DNA from: Rhodospirillales bacterium
Lineage (GTDB): Bacteria > Pseudomonadota > Alphaproteobacteria > Bin95
Assembly: GCA_038143065.1 (NCBI GenBank)
Contig: JAYQLI010000012.1
Location: 64,001-128,000 of the forward strand
Direction: 5' to 3'
Length of the DNA stretch: 64,000 nt
Positions within the stretch are counted from its first letter, which is position 1. The number at the start of each line of letters is the position of its first letter. Both the position numbers and the translations under genes were made by a program. Below are positions 1 to 12,306 of the stretch, in pieces. The notes below the pieces were generated by a model. The model had not been told where the DNA came from, did no database searches, and saw only the letters and a list, made by a program, of their open reading frames with translations.

Positions 1-1121
1 ACGAAGCAGATGGTAGTGCTTCTCAAGGAGATAAAGCAATTGAGTCACTTTTGCACGTCTACACTAAAAAATCAGCTTAGCGAGCTAGCTTTAAACCAGG
101 CCTTGATCACTGTCTTTCTTCTTCATCGTTATTTGGTGGAATAATGTCGCTGATTTTGGCCAATAGAATTTCAAGACCAATTACTGCCATTACAGAAGCT
201 ATCGGAGTGATTTCTAAGGGTGAATTGAATATTGAAATCAAAAACAAAGAAAGTCTCGGAAGGAACTATGGATCTGTCTTAGGATCTCCCACCAAATGAA
301 AGATAGCATCAAAGACAGAATTAACGATATTCAAATCATTAATTCTTCATATGAGCGATTTGTTCCTAAGGAATTTCCAAAGCACTCTCTTGGAAAAAAT
401 CAATAATGGATATGCTCTTGGTGGCGATGGTAGCATCGACAAAGATGCTCCGTTTTATTTTCTGATATGGGACTTTACAGGCTATCTTCTGAAAACATGT
501 CACCAAAAGAAAACTTGGTTTGAATAATTATTTGGACTCAATGACAATTCTGCCATCAACACAAAATAACGGCTTTATCGACAAATATATTTGACGCAGT
601 GATGGCTCTTTCCCCTACTTCCGCAGAAGACTCTGTAAAAGCAGCATTGGAAATGAACAAAGAATTAAGAAATTTTAATTCGGTTAGGGACTGCAGGTGG
701 TAGAGAAACATTTGATCAATATGGGGGTAGGTATTCATATTGGACAATTAGTTCTTGGTACTATTGGCAGAGAGACGAGGATGGAAACTACAGTCATAAG
801 CGACTGTTAACGCTTCTGCTAGATTTAAAGTCTAAACAAAGCTGGAACAAATGTTTTGATTTCAGGGATGTGCGAAATGAACTTTCACTGAAACACAGAA
901 AGCTGCAGGTTAGTGGACAGGACACAAGTTAAAGGTAAATCAGAATTTTTGATGTTTATGAAGTATTGTTCAGACGATACAGAATTTTAGAGGCACAATT
1001 TTCATCAATCAAAACGCTGAACAAGTAGTAACGAACTTTCGATGGATAAAAAGCGGCTGGTGCAGAATTTTCAAAAAATAAAAATCTGACTTATTTAGAT
1101 CGTCCTGTAATTTCATACTGA
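1..1121 (+). CDS. HAMP-domain class III adenylate/guanylate cyclase, 5'-truncated by the window and heavily frameshifted
   Basis: Fragments read across frames: ISRPITAITEAIGVISKGEL (HAMP), SYERFVPKEF, LFSD, GFIDKYI.DAVMAL, GVGIHIGQLVLGTIG, METTVISD.VN. Confidence 0.8.
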
Positions 1122-1501
1122 CCGTTACGCAAAAGATAGATGACATCGCATTGACACATCTTATCATCTTAGTATCGCCTTCTGGAGCCGAAACTTCTAG
1201 GAATTAACTTGGAAGAAGGAGAAGACTTTAATTAAAATCAAATTTTGCAGCAAAAATTTTTTGCAGTAGGCCGTAGCGTTACATAAATGAAATACTCTGG
1301 TTTTTCTGTCGTCACCTCTTGACACATCTTCATCACACATTATCCACATTGGCACACATCAAGAGATAGGTCATGTGTTGTGGAGCTGTCCTCTTCGTGT
1401 AGATCTATACGCAGGAATTGACGTAAGTGTCTGATAATGAACACGAAGCGAATTAGAATACTGATATTGTTCTGTTTTCGTTAACGGATACAGGATCGTA
1501 G

Positions 1502-2738
1502 TTGATGTCTTTGTTGTTGAATGTGCCTTATACCTATCGCAAAGATGGTATTTATTACTTGCAGCGGTATGTCCCTGAGGATGTTCGCCAGCATTACAAA
1601 ACCAATCGGATTTCCTTTTCGCTTAGAACAAAATTAGCACGGGACGCCATGGCTCTAGCTCGCAGTGCCAGTGCAAAGCTTGAAGCCTATTGGCATTCTC
1701 TCAGGCTTGCTTACGGCGAAGTGCCCGCTCAGCACTTAGTTGCTTTGCGAGATCAGGGTCAGCGGGGAGCAGGCAAGGTGGAGCAGTCTTTGGGTTTAAG
1801 CTTGGCTGAGGCTGGTGAGATGTACCTACGGCTCAAAGGTTCAAACAAGCCAAAAGACATTCCACAGCGCTACAGAGCGGGCCTTGAGTTACGTCGTAAA
1901 AGTGATCAGGAATAAACACCTGCACGCAATCTCCCGCAAGGATGCAGCAGCCGTGCGGGATGATCTTGTTGCCAAAGGCCTTGCTCCATCTTCAGTCACC
2001 CGTGTGCTTACGACAATCAAAGCCGTGATCCAATTTGCCATTCAAGAAGAAGGGTCAGAGCTCTCAAATCCATTTAAGGGCTTGTTCGTGGATAAAGCAT
2101 AAGGCCAAAGAAACGAATGCCTGTTCCATTGAAAGATTTGCGCAGAGTTCAACAGCAATGCTGGCACGCAGATGACGATTTGCGCTGGATCGTAGCAGCC
2201 ATCAGCGACACGGGTTGTAGAATGGCTGAGATCGTGGGGCTGAGTAAAACTGACATCCAGATTAGATGGCGATATTCCCATTTCGATCAGGCCCCGGCCG
2301 TAGCGAAGGCTTAAAACGGTTTCAAGTGAGCGGGATATACCGCTGGTTGGATCAGCTCTTTGGGGAATTACTCGTGCCTACCAATCAACGAATTCAGAAA
2401 TGTTATTCCCACGCTACAACGATGGAGTTTCTACGAACTCCAATAGTGCAACTGCTTTATCAAAATGGCTCAAGCAGCAAACTAATCCCGATTGCACGAT
2501 GCACAGCTTCAGGCATTTATTCCGAGATCGTTTGAGAGCGGTGGAGTGTCCTATCAGACTTACGGATGCACTTGGTGGTTGGAGTACTGATGGAATTGGG
2601 GCAGCTTATGGTCAGGGCTATGGCCTGCAGCAAACAAAAATGGTTGTCTGCTATCGTGTTAAAAACCTGATCAACGAACGACATCAACTACGATCCTGTA
2701 TCCCGTTAACGAAAACAGAACAATATCAGTCCTGTTAG
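1502..2738 (+). CDS. DUF6538-type tyrosine recombinase/integrase 1 (frameshifted)
   Basis: N-terminal YTYRKDGIYYLQRYVPEDVR; catalytic boxes DTGCRMAEI, HSFRHLFRDRLR and GGW...YG across ORFs 1502, 1815, 2117 and 2400. Confidence 0.88.
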
Positions 2739-2767
2739 ATGAATATGGCGCCTGTTGGCGGAGCCAC

Positions 2768-2786
2768 AGTCCTCTCCTGGGCACCA
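2768..2786 (+). mobile_element. att remnant: 3' end of an alphaproteobacterial tRNA-Leu
   Basis: AGTCCTCTCCTGGGCACCA matches, from memory, the T-arm/acceptor 3' end of tRNA-Leu(CAG) with CCA. No 5' tRNA half is present. It lies between two integrases. Confidence 0.75.
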
Positions 2787-2958
2787 AAATTCTAGTATAA
2801 TTTATAATAAAATAAGCAAAAACAGTGGTATAGATTTGAAGTGGACCACTTTTGGGACCGCTTGGAGGACCAGTTTGTCGAAACTGTTCGCTAAATTGTC
2901 AGTGTTAAACCACCAGTTTTACTTGCAACTAGGCAGCTAAGTCTCAAAGCTAACAGCT

Positions 2959-4254
2959 ATGAGTGATGATATGCCGCTTAAACTCCCACGCTATGTATTC
3001 CGCCGTGCCAATGGCAGCTTTCGATATAAACGCAACGTTCCCTTGCATCCTAAGAGCCCTGATTGGAAAGCAACGCTCTATCGCCAGCTTGGGGATAGCT
3101 ACAAAGAAGCCATGCAAAACCTGCCGCTGATACATGCTCGAATCGAAGCTCTGCTAGAAGGTGAGAAAGAGAAGTCAGCACGAGATCGCAGTATTGAGAT
3201 TATTGGGGTGCGCTGGGCGATGAAGTGGCGGATATGGTACTGGCTAATGCCGTACCTGAGTATTCTGAAATTGAGGATGCGCTTAATGAGTTGGGTAAGG
3301 CTCTGCATAAGCAAAAGCTTCCTTCAGAGATTGTAGAACAGGTTTATTCAGGCAAGTTAAAGCAAGAGGTCATAACGCTTGAGTCGGTTCTAAAAGACTA
3401 CGTTGCCTATAAGTCAGATACACCCAAAAGCAGAAAAGGAAATCAAACAGCGGGTTGAAAGGCTGCGTAAAGACATGCAGCACATCTACGGTAAGCAAAA
3501 GCTTAAGTATGTCTCGCTTAGTGATATCAGCAGGCAAGATGCCAATGATCTAAGGGATCACCTACTAACCCGTGTGTCGGCCAATAGCGCTGTTAGAATG
3601 CTGGGGGTTGTGAGAACGGCTATTAACCACGCAATCGTGGAGCACAGTCTCAACATCCCGAATGTCTTTACCAACCTTCGCATTAAAGGTGCAGGTGCAA
3701 GTAACTAGATAGGCTACCGCTGGTGATACTCAGATCGTTCATTTAGAACAGCTTATTCGAATGACACAACAGCCTGGGCGCTGTTTGTTTGTCTGAGAGA
3801 TACGGGTTGCAGAGTATCAGAAATAGCAGGCCTGAGGGTCAAAGACTGTGACACTGACAAAGAATGTTTAATCATATCCCCCACCCCTTGGAGAACGCTA
3901 AAAACCAATAACTCGCAGCGCTCTGTGCCACTCTCGCCAGAGGCTATTAAAGCGCTCGAGGAAGTATCTCAGGGCAAAGATCCTGAGGCACCTCTCTTTC
4001 CCCGATATGCAAAGGAGCGTGGAGGGGATAACTGCTCAGCCATGCTGATGAAGCGCCTAAGAACCATAATCACAGACAAGAAGCTTACGATGCATTCACT
4101 ACGCCACCGTATGAAGGACAAGCTGAGGAATACAGGCTGCCCGGAGGCCATCTCCATGGCTATACTAGGGCATGGTTCTAACACGGTCGCTGCGAACTAT
4201 GGCTCAGGCTATGCCCTAGACGTCATGAGAGAGCATATGGAAAAGGTGTGGTAG
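2959..4254 (+). CDS. DUF6538-type tyrosine recombinase/integrase 2 (frameshifted)
   Basis: YVFRRANGSFRYKRNVP N-terminus; DTGCRVSEI at about 3800; HSLRHRMKDKLR...ILGH...YGSGY C-terminus. Confidence 0.9.
4222..4251 (+). repeat. 30-bp direct repeat, copy 1 (last codons of integrase 2)
   Basis: GTCATGAGAGAGCATATGGAAAAGGTGTGG, 29/30 identical to 5156-5185. Confidence 0.95.
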
Positions 4255-4256
4255 TT

Positions 4257-5019
4257 TCAGAAGCTGTAAGAAAGCCCTAAAATTGCTGCTGTATTTGAAC
4301 CTTTGGTTATAATTGGGCTATTTTTTACCTTACTAGGTAAAAAATTTGTGGTGATGTTCGCAAAAGCACCAATATCAGGGGTGATATTGAAAAACGTATT
4401 CACAGAGAGGTAAGGTTATTGCCACCGAGCCAGGAGCATATGCCGCCCTGCCCACTACAGCCTCAGATGATTTCACGCCAAAAAAGTATTCTGAACGGTT
4501 GCTATCATAGTTTTTCGATCCCAGTGAGAATATTACCGGCTGTCCACCAACTGGAATGAACTGACTGAATGCGAGATCAACGAGTGTACCATTAAATTCA
4601 TTGGTGACTTCGCTTGCCATTTTCAGTTTGAGCGTGGAACCCCGAATGATATCTACCGAACCCATGATCACTCCATCAAATGTCATTTTGCGATCCATTC
4701 CTGAAAGTGTGGTTGAGTCTGAGCTATCATAGGGACGGAAATTGGGAGCGATAGCTGCACTCATATTAAAGGCCTCATTGTCTATGAATTGATAAGACAC
4801 ACCTTCTCGCAACCCCACTTTCACTTTATCATTCTCATATGCGATCGAGGGCATAAACCGTGAGGTTGAGCCAACTCCAGTGTAAATGGAGTTACTATTT
4901 ATGTAGGCAGCACCGACAGAAAAGTTCGAGGAAGTCTCTGCTAACAAACCACTGCCAAAACAGATCGACACCACACCAATCAAACGTAATAACACTTTAT
5001 CCACACTTTCGTCTCTCAT
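4257..5019 (-). CDS. MipA/OmpV family outer-membrane protein (one frameshift near 4400)
   Basis: Signal peptide, beta-strand pattern, YFFGV motif; the second frame ends ...NSPIITKGSNTAAILGLSYSF* with a C-terminal Phe. Confidence 0.8.
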
Positions 5020-5155
5020 ATGAGTGACGCATAAGTAAGCCGCTAATTAAAAATCCAAGGCCGAGATTTAATTGAGACTATGCAGATGCATAATCACCAT
5101 AGTACATGGTTCAAACACAGTCGCTTCAAACTGCGATAAAAACTGTGCACTACAT

Positions 5156-5185
5156 GTCATGCGAGAGCATATGGAAAAGGTGTGG
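5156..5185 (+). repeat. 30-bp direct repeat, copy 2 (orphan integrase 3' end)
   Basis: GTCATGCGAGAGCATATGGAAAAGGTGTGG followed by AGTTAA, reading VMREHMEKVWS*. Confidence 0.95.
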
Positions 5186-5606
5186 AGTTAAACTACATAA
5201 CGGAGCTATACCAGAGTGCCCCAGAGGCGGCACAAGGAGGCACTTAAAGGGCAAGCATAAGATACACTTGGGTATCAAAAAGGAAGTTTTTGATCCAAAC
5301 AAAGTAATAGCATTAGAGAGCAACCCTAAAGACATGTAAAAAATATCCCAAAGCTATGCGAAATAAAGACAGCTCTAATAGCAGACGATAAAGAATAAAT
5401 TGTAGTGTAGTTTGTTCTAAGCTGACAGGGTGTTCAGAGACACCCAAACCCTTATGTATTATATATTATATATTACGAATTAAGTATTATGACTTACATA
5501 TTACGTCTTACGAATTAACCCTTACAGCTTACCCTTTAACCCTGCCTTAGGAGCTTTTCCTAAGGTGTTTTTTATTTATGTATTAAGAACAGAAAGATAA
5601 TTTAGA

Positions 5607-6183
5607 ATGACCAAGTATATTGATCCAAAGCTCTCTCAAGAGACCCTAGAAACCTACCAAGGCTATAGCCTTCAGGTGTTTACCTCAGGGCGCATTAAGC
5701 TCAGCTTTCATAAAAGCCATAAAGACAGAGTTGAGTACTATGCAGTAAAGCCTAAGCGCTCCAGAGAAGCTTATAAGCGTCAGTATAATCGTAGTGCTTT
5801 AACTAAGCCCGAGCATTACCAGTTAATGGAAGAGCTACTGGCTGAACACCCCAACAGCCTCATCTACAAAATGCACCTTAAAGGGGATATCAATGCCACG
5901 GCTGATAATGCCCATGTGCTTGTAAACAAATAAGGAGCTCCTTCATCTGGTGCTCGATAAGCTAACTCCACCAATGGGCAACTACCAACTCAAGTCATAA
6001 ACGCCTTACTAACAGCAAGTGGTCCTAAGAAAGGACGCAGCGCTATCTTCAATGAGTACATGGCCAGCTATCAGCATGACTGGGTGGATATAATCTTCAC
6101 TGAGCAGGACTACAGAGATGGGTATCGTGACTTAAGAACTAAAACAGCTGCGTTCACACAGCACGACGAAGACGACGACTTAA
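5607..6183 (+). CDS. Hypothetical protein of the integrative element (probably frameshifted)
   Basis: 108-aa ORF plus coding-like continuation ending ...HDEDDD(F)*; function unknown. Confidence 0.5.
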
Positions 6184-6277
6184 GCTTTTAATTTAAAGCG
6201 GCTCACTCGATAAAACTTGATTTGAGTGAGCCATGGTCGCACCCTGAGACAACATTTAATTGAGATAAGTTTGTAAA

Positions 6278-8066
6278 ATGACAGATAAGAAAGAAAAAAC
6301 TCCAAAACAAAAAAGCATTTCTGAAAGAGAACGTGCAGAAACAGTTGCCCGGGCAATCTTGGCGCAACAACCCCAACTTTCGAAAACAGCGCCACGCAAA
6401 GAAAAACTCGCCTGGGACCAAACTCCTACCTTGCCCGGTCAAGTGGGGGATTGGATCGACCAACAACCCGTAGCATGTTGATCAATTCCCTCAGTTGGTC
6501 GAATGGTCAACACGTACCTGAGCAACTGGAACATATCCTGATGATTATGGCCCAATGGTATGTGCGCAAGGATGGTAAATATTATGACGTTGAGGAACCA
6601 GGGCCAATGTTATCCCGAGACGACGTAGAGCGGGTAATTATTCAAAAGATTAAAGGAAGAATTTCCGGCCAACGCTTTAAGCAACGATGCTGTAAGTCAA
6701 CTCCTACAAGTTTTGATTAAGGATCAGTTTGTCGACCCTAGGCGTTCAATCCCAATATGGTCGGGCTTACGTCAATCAATGCCTGGTAATACTCGCAAGC
6801 TTGCCTTCAAAGGATGGTCGCCACGATAAACACATGGAAAGCTCCAGAGTATCGCTCGTTGAATATCAACAAACCAAGCTGGGGACCCTTCGAGAAGTAT
6901 ATGGAGGTAACGTTTCCCAGACCCAAAGAACGAGAAATGCTGCTCAACTGGCTTGCCTGGTGCCTACAAAACGAAGGGGACAAACCTGGCTGGGCACCTT
7001 TCCTCTATTTCTCAACAAAGGGATCTGGAAAAAGTACTTTTGCAAAGATTGCAGGGTTGCTGTTTGGAACTCAAAACACAGCAACAGAAAAATAATATCA
7101 ATAAACTGGTTTCTAGGTTCAATGCACCAATCCTAGAAAGAAGCTGGTCGTCTGTGAAGAGCTTTACGTACCCCAGGGTCAGACAAAGCAAATGCAATCA
7201 AAACCTTCATAACTGAAAAAGAAACAGTAGCTGAACATAAGTACCAAGCAGTTCAGCAAGTAGAACAAGTTTGCGCGTTTATCTTTATAACCAATCACAA
7301 ACCCATCTGGCTCGAAGAAGATGATAGGCGTTTTTATGTCATAGAAGTCGACCATGATGGTCACAGATGGGGGCCAAATGGTGAAGCATATTCAAAACAA
7401 GTCGCATCCCTGATGGATTACCTCCAAGACAATACTAACCTGGCCAAACTCTACGGGGCGCTTATGCAACATGATATTCCCGTTGAGTTTGATGCTCCTC
7501 GCTTGATGTCCTTGGATCCTCCACGAGTGTAATGCAAAGAGATACGGCAGGCTTCAGGGGATATTGGACGCCAGATTGTTAAGGAGTGGCTAGATGGAAA
7601 CGGTGTAGTAGCCATAAACAATGTTGGAATTAAGGCTCTAGTCAAGGAAACTACATAAGTAAGGCCAGCGCGATGAAATATACTGAGCGATCTAGGCTGG
7701 ACCCAGGTACAAGCAAAATATGACGGTAAAGATTACCAAAAGTCCATCTGGCTAAGAGAAGGATATACCTTGAAGGCGGGAGTCCTGCATCACGCAGACG
7801 GTTGGTCTCGAGACACTGAAGAAGGCGAGCATCATTTCGATGACCGAATGGTTTCCGACGTATTCCGGGTCTATAGCCGTCGTGATTTGTTTGGGAAGGG
7901 ATTGAGCTTGATGATAAAGATGCTGGCTTCTGAACTGGAGCGAATTCGAGCGCGCCACAAAGTGTATATGCGAGAGCGTATGCAGGTATTGATAAGCGAT
8001 GCTCAATATCTCTGGTGGGATTGGGTGTTCGTCAATCGTTTCGAAGAGGCTCTTAAAGAAATATGA
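6278..8066 (+). CDS. Primase-associated helicase/NTPase (DUF5906/D5-like), frameshifted
   Basis: Motifs LLNWLAWCLQN...KPGWA, Walker A KGSGKSTF, FNAPIL, IFITNH, DDRRFYV across consecutive ORFs. Confidence 0.78.
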
Positions 8067-8355
8067 AGAGCTCATGACAAAGCGCGTGAAGATGACCCAC
8101 AACGAATGCATGAATGCAAAAACAATCAAACGTATGAGTATTCGCTTCGAAGAAAAGGATATCCTAGCCCATCGCTTCACATATGCGGTTGCCACGGTAC
8201 CCATTAAGCCGTGTAGATCTCATACGTCATGAGTGTAACAACGCACTTTGTATCAATCCGCGCCACCTCATGACGGGGGATCATCAAGAGAACTTCGATG
8301 ACTTCATTGCTGAGCAAGCTTATGGAACACGCTGGAAGATGCTAAAAAATTGAAG

Positions 8356-8500
8356 CACCCACTATAAACAAAAATACTACTCACCCTTTCACCCTAACGC
8401 ACTATAGTTGGCTATTACGCTTTCAAAAATCACCCTAGGGTGAATAAAAAACACCCTTACGTAAAAATATTGCGATAAAAATAAGAAAAGGTGAAAGGGA
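8356..8500. repeat. Iteron-like CACCCT/AGGGTG array, putative replication origin
   Basis: TCACCCTTTCACCCT (8381), palindrome TCACCCTAGGGTGA (8430-8443), ACACCCTT (8451), inverted AAGGTGAAAGGGA (8488), in AT-rich DNA downstream of the helicase. Confidence 0.55.
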
Positions 8501-8506
8501 GAGTTG

Positions 8507-9562
8507 CTAAATTAAACTCTTAGACCTTCCACTATTCCGCCCCTGCCGAAAGTCTTCGCAGGGGTATTTACAGATCGCGTCGGGTAAACTTAATGCAGTC
8601 CACCACTTTTTGACTTTATTGCTTAATTCTGTAATATTACCTGAGGTACTATCCCACGTGTTTGCAGTGCCTTCCTTAGTTGGACCACATTTCTGACCAA
8701 GTGACATCTGGAACTTCAAGTTGTTGTAGTTCTGACCAACTTGGAGTTGCTTCTTTGCTGCTTCCCAAGCTTTTCGGAGAAGCCTTTAGCTGCGACGTAT
8801 TTCCTCTTTGGGAGGCACTTGATTGAACAAACTTCAAGCTCTTCATCGCTTTGCATAAAGTCAGGATTAAAAGCGCGCTTTTAGTGCACTCATATCTTTT
8901 AAAGTTGCGCATAGATCATAAGATTTCTAAAGCGGTCACGCCTACAATGACTGCCGTTCCCAAATATGGGATTGCCTCTGCTGGCATCGACGTCACCTCA
9001 CGCCTTGCGGTTTTCAACTGCTCTTTTCCCAATTACATCCGCAGTTTCATCAACTGCTGTTTTGAATGCAACCTTCTTCCCTTTAAATGGAATAACACCC
9101 ATTCCAAAATCCCGTACTTGCGATTTTAATTGGCGATTTGTAACTCGAAAAAGTTGCCAATTCAGCAGCTGCTCAGTGACTTGACTCCTCCAATTCACGT
9201 TTTAACTGTCTCTCTGTGATGAGATCAGCAGATAATTCACGGGTCTCTTTTTGAAGTTTCCGGTTGGTAATACGAGTATCTGCTAGATCTGCACTAGTAT
9301 CTCTCAATTGCCCTTTAATTTCTCGTTTAGCGTTGCGCTCTAATACAATTTCTTCACCAAGCCCCGCTATCTCTGCCTTGTTCCGCGAGGCGATTGTTTG
9401 GATTCCCGTTAAGGCTTCAAATCCATTGTTTACAATAGAAAATAATGATCCCCCAAGGAATAAAACTATGTTTTAAAGCAAGCGAAATCAATAAAACTGC
9501 CGTAATTATTATTGTCTTAAGGTTCAAAAAATTCGCCACAAAAATCTAAAAATTTTATACAT
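8507..9562 (-). CDS. Hypothetical membrane-anchored coiled-coil protein (frameshifted)
   Basis: GGAGG RBS and ATG at 9562, hydrophobic N-terminus, coding-like fragments (SMPAEAIPYLGTAVIVGVTALEI). Confidence 0.55.
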
Positions 9563-9880
9563 TTATTGCCTCCTAGAAAGTCAGTTTAAGAGTACAAGCT
9601 TCTGGAAAGAACTTCATATAATACTATTTCATCAACTTGGTTTATTGACAACCTGCAATCACAGAGTAATTGTCAGTCCACAAAATATTCTGGTTGGGTG
9701 AAATGAGATTAACTGCTTCTTTACCTTCAAGTTATTCTCTCGAGGTGCCCAAAAAGTGGTAACGACCACTGCCGAGGTCGTGTCTAAAAACCCAGAGGCA
9801 GCTTCGTTAACAGAAACAGTAATTAAAGGGTCACCAATTATGCACATGTTGGTGAGCGTTTAATTCACTTTCACTTAATT

Positions 9881-10174
9881 GTGTTTGGAATAATGCTCGG
9901 CTTTACAATGATGACTTTAATCATTGCACTCGGAAAACTAGCAATAGCGTTAGAAGTTAAATTTTTTGCTGAGCATAGAGATCTTATTTTAAATTTTGGA
10001 TATTTTTCGTTCTTTGCCGGCATCCTGTACGGTTTCGTACGTCACTATATGTCAAAACATCACAAACGATTTATTGCTTCAGAAAAACGTAAATTAGAAA
10101 AAGAGTTTGAAGCCAAAAAACGAAAACTAGAAACTGACTTCAACGAGTTGAAGGTTGAATTGAAACAAAATTGA
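9881..10174 (+). CDS. Small hypothetical membrane protein with coiled-coil tail
   Basis: Two hydrophobic segments, then an EKRKLE/KKRKLE repeat. Confidence 0.5.
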   Translation: MFGIMLGFTMMTLIIALGKLAIALEVKFFAEHRDLILNFGYFSFFAGILYGFVRHYMSKHHKRFIASEKRKLEKEFEAKKRKLETDFNELKVELKQN

Positions 10175-10442
10175 GCTTGAGCATGCACGCTTAAAAGCAC
10201 TTGTAGATAGATCTAAAAATAAAGATGAAAGCTCATCGGTCTGGGATACGATTTCAGCGTATAACGGTTAGTGAGGACGTCGAAAAAAGAAACAAAAAGA
10301 AGAATAGAATACTGTCTTGACCAAAAATTCAATACGAACTTTTAGATTTTCCATGGTTATTAATTGCCCACTAGTCACAGCCCCGTTAAAACTGAGCATT
10401 TTTGAGCATCTATGATGGTAACAAGAAAAGGAGATTACCATC

Positions 10443-10673
10443 ATGCTTACCTTATTTTTGCTGCTCGCTGCTGCGGGCGGTATCCTTCGGCTTACCCTGG
10501 CCTGGCTGTTAAAACAGCGCTGGGGCGTATCTATTGGCGTCCCTCAAGCCTTAGCCGGTGCGCTTGTGGTGCTGGCAGGACTGCCTGAGTTCATTAAATC
10601 CATTCCCTTTCCAGTGCCTTTAGGCCTGACCATTGGCCTGCTGCTTCCAGACCTTTTGCTGAGAAGAGGCTGA
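10443..10673 (+). CDS. Small hydrophobic membrane protein
   Basis: AGGGAG RBS; 76 aa with about three TM segments. Confidence 0.65.
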   Translation: MLTLFLLLAAAGGILRLTLAWLLKQRWGVSIGVPQALAGALVVLAGLPEFIKSIPFPVPLGLTIGLLLPDLLLRRG

Positions 10674-10985
10674 TATGGGGCAGCTGGATATAAGACCAGG
10701 ATGCATCGTGCTGATAGCAGGCTTTGATGACATCCCAGAGCACAAATTCCTTATAGAAGAAATCTATGAGGGAGTTCGTTACAGGTATGGCTCTCTCGGT
10801 CCCTTTGCAGGGGGCCACGGAGAGCCAGACAAAGGATGATCCAGCTGTGATTACTCAGGGAACAACCAACGACAGCTGAGTGTAGCTGTCAGGGAAGGGC
10901 TTAAACCCAGCCCTTCATTGTTCTTACTCACAAAATCCCAACTCAACATCAAAACCAGGGCAATTGCCCCAGCAAGGGAGACAGT

Positions 10986-12239
10986 ATGTCTGCAGACATA
11001 AAATACGCCTATAAACGGCATAACACCTGGGTCTATCCCTTAGAACCTATCCCAAGGCGCTGCAACCCATCCTTGGTTCCAAGCCTCAAGCAATCCCTCA
11101 GAACAGCTGATGCCAAACAGGCAAAAGTCAGAGTGGCAGAGCTTAATCAAACATTCACAAACCTCGTAAAGGAGGCACAGGCTCATGCTGATGCTGCAAC
11201 AGATGAACCCAACCCTGAAACTACTCAGCTTGGTGTGGCTTCCTCGATATCAGCGCGCAAGGCTTCTGGGTGAGCAGCCTGTTCATGGGTTAGCGAGGAG
11301 ATATCTAAAAGAGCTATCTCTAACGCTTAGACCCGGCACCACAAAGTCCATTCGCTATGCGCTGGAGCTTCTAAGTTCTCATGTAGGCAAGAAGCAAAAG
11401 ATAGGGGAGCTTAGCACTGATACAGGAAGAGATATCTTAAAGCTAATATCCAAGCTCTCTCCCAATGTCAGGAAATACGCAAAGGCTAAGGAGGCCAGCC
11501 TAACAAAGCTAGTAGAGCTCTCACAAACCTATGAGGCCATATCCCTGACACCACAAACGCAGGGCCGTATCTTCAAACAATGCAGCGCTTCCTTGACTGG
11601 TGCGTGAGAGAAGGAGAGCTAGACAGCAACCCTTGGTCAACTCTCAGCATAAGAGCAAAGCCAGAGGTCTCCCCTCATGGCGTTCTAACAGATGAGCAAG
11701 TCTCAACCCTTCTCAAAGCCAAGGATAGGGTGCTTCACAGCGCCCTTCTCTTTGGCCTGCTCACGGGAATGCGCTCAGGGGAGATCTGCGGGCTCATGGC
11801 AGAGGATGTAACCCATAAAGGCAACCTTGGGCGGTTTATCAAATCAAGCCCAACGCTATTCGGCAGCTCAAGTCAAAAGCAGCTGAACGGGAAGTACCAC
11901 TTCATCAAATCCTAGAGCAGCTTCTGGATACATCCCTGCCAAAACAGGGAAGGCTATTTCCCTACCTAACAGTTGATGCTGTGGTGAAGCGGTATGCCAA
12001 GCTCAGAAGGCTCTACCCTGAACTCCAAGGCAGCGTGTTCCACTCTACCCGCAAGTGGTTCATCACTCCAGTGTGAGCGCACAGGCACCCCTGAGCACTT
12101 CACGGCCTCCCTTGTGGGACATCACTCTGCGAGGTCTGCCAATAAGCTTACCTATAGGCTTTACTCAGGAGGCATCAGTGATGCTCAGAAGAGAGCAATT
12201 GTGGATGGGGTGAGGTTGCCATCAGAGCTGGCGTTATAA
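10986..12239 (+). CDS. DUF6538-type tyrosine recombinase/integrase 3 (frameshifted)
   Basis: YAYKRHNTWVY N-terminus, SLRTAD, LTGMRSGEI, FHSTRKW, LVGH...TYRLYSGG. Confidence 0.88.
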
Positions 12240-12246
12240 CCCCTAA

Positions 12247-12306
12247 ATATCCCCCGTCTGGCTGCCCTTCGCGGGTGGTCAGGCGGGGGTATGACACTAA
12301 TTTTTT
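12247..12306 (+). terminator. GC-rich hairpin after integrase 3
   Basis: ATATCCCCCGTCTGGCTGCCC-TTCGC-GGGTGGTCAGGCGGGGGTAT, then a T-run. Confidence 0.65.

Noticed and set aside
2959-5185. Classical integron
   Set aside because: The integrase is DUF6538-type, no attC-like palindromes are seen, and the cassette lies at the 3' end of the integrase gene.
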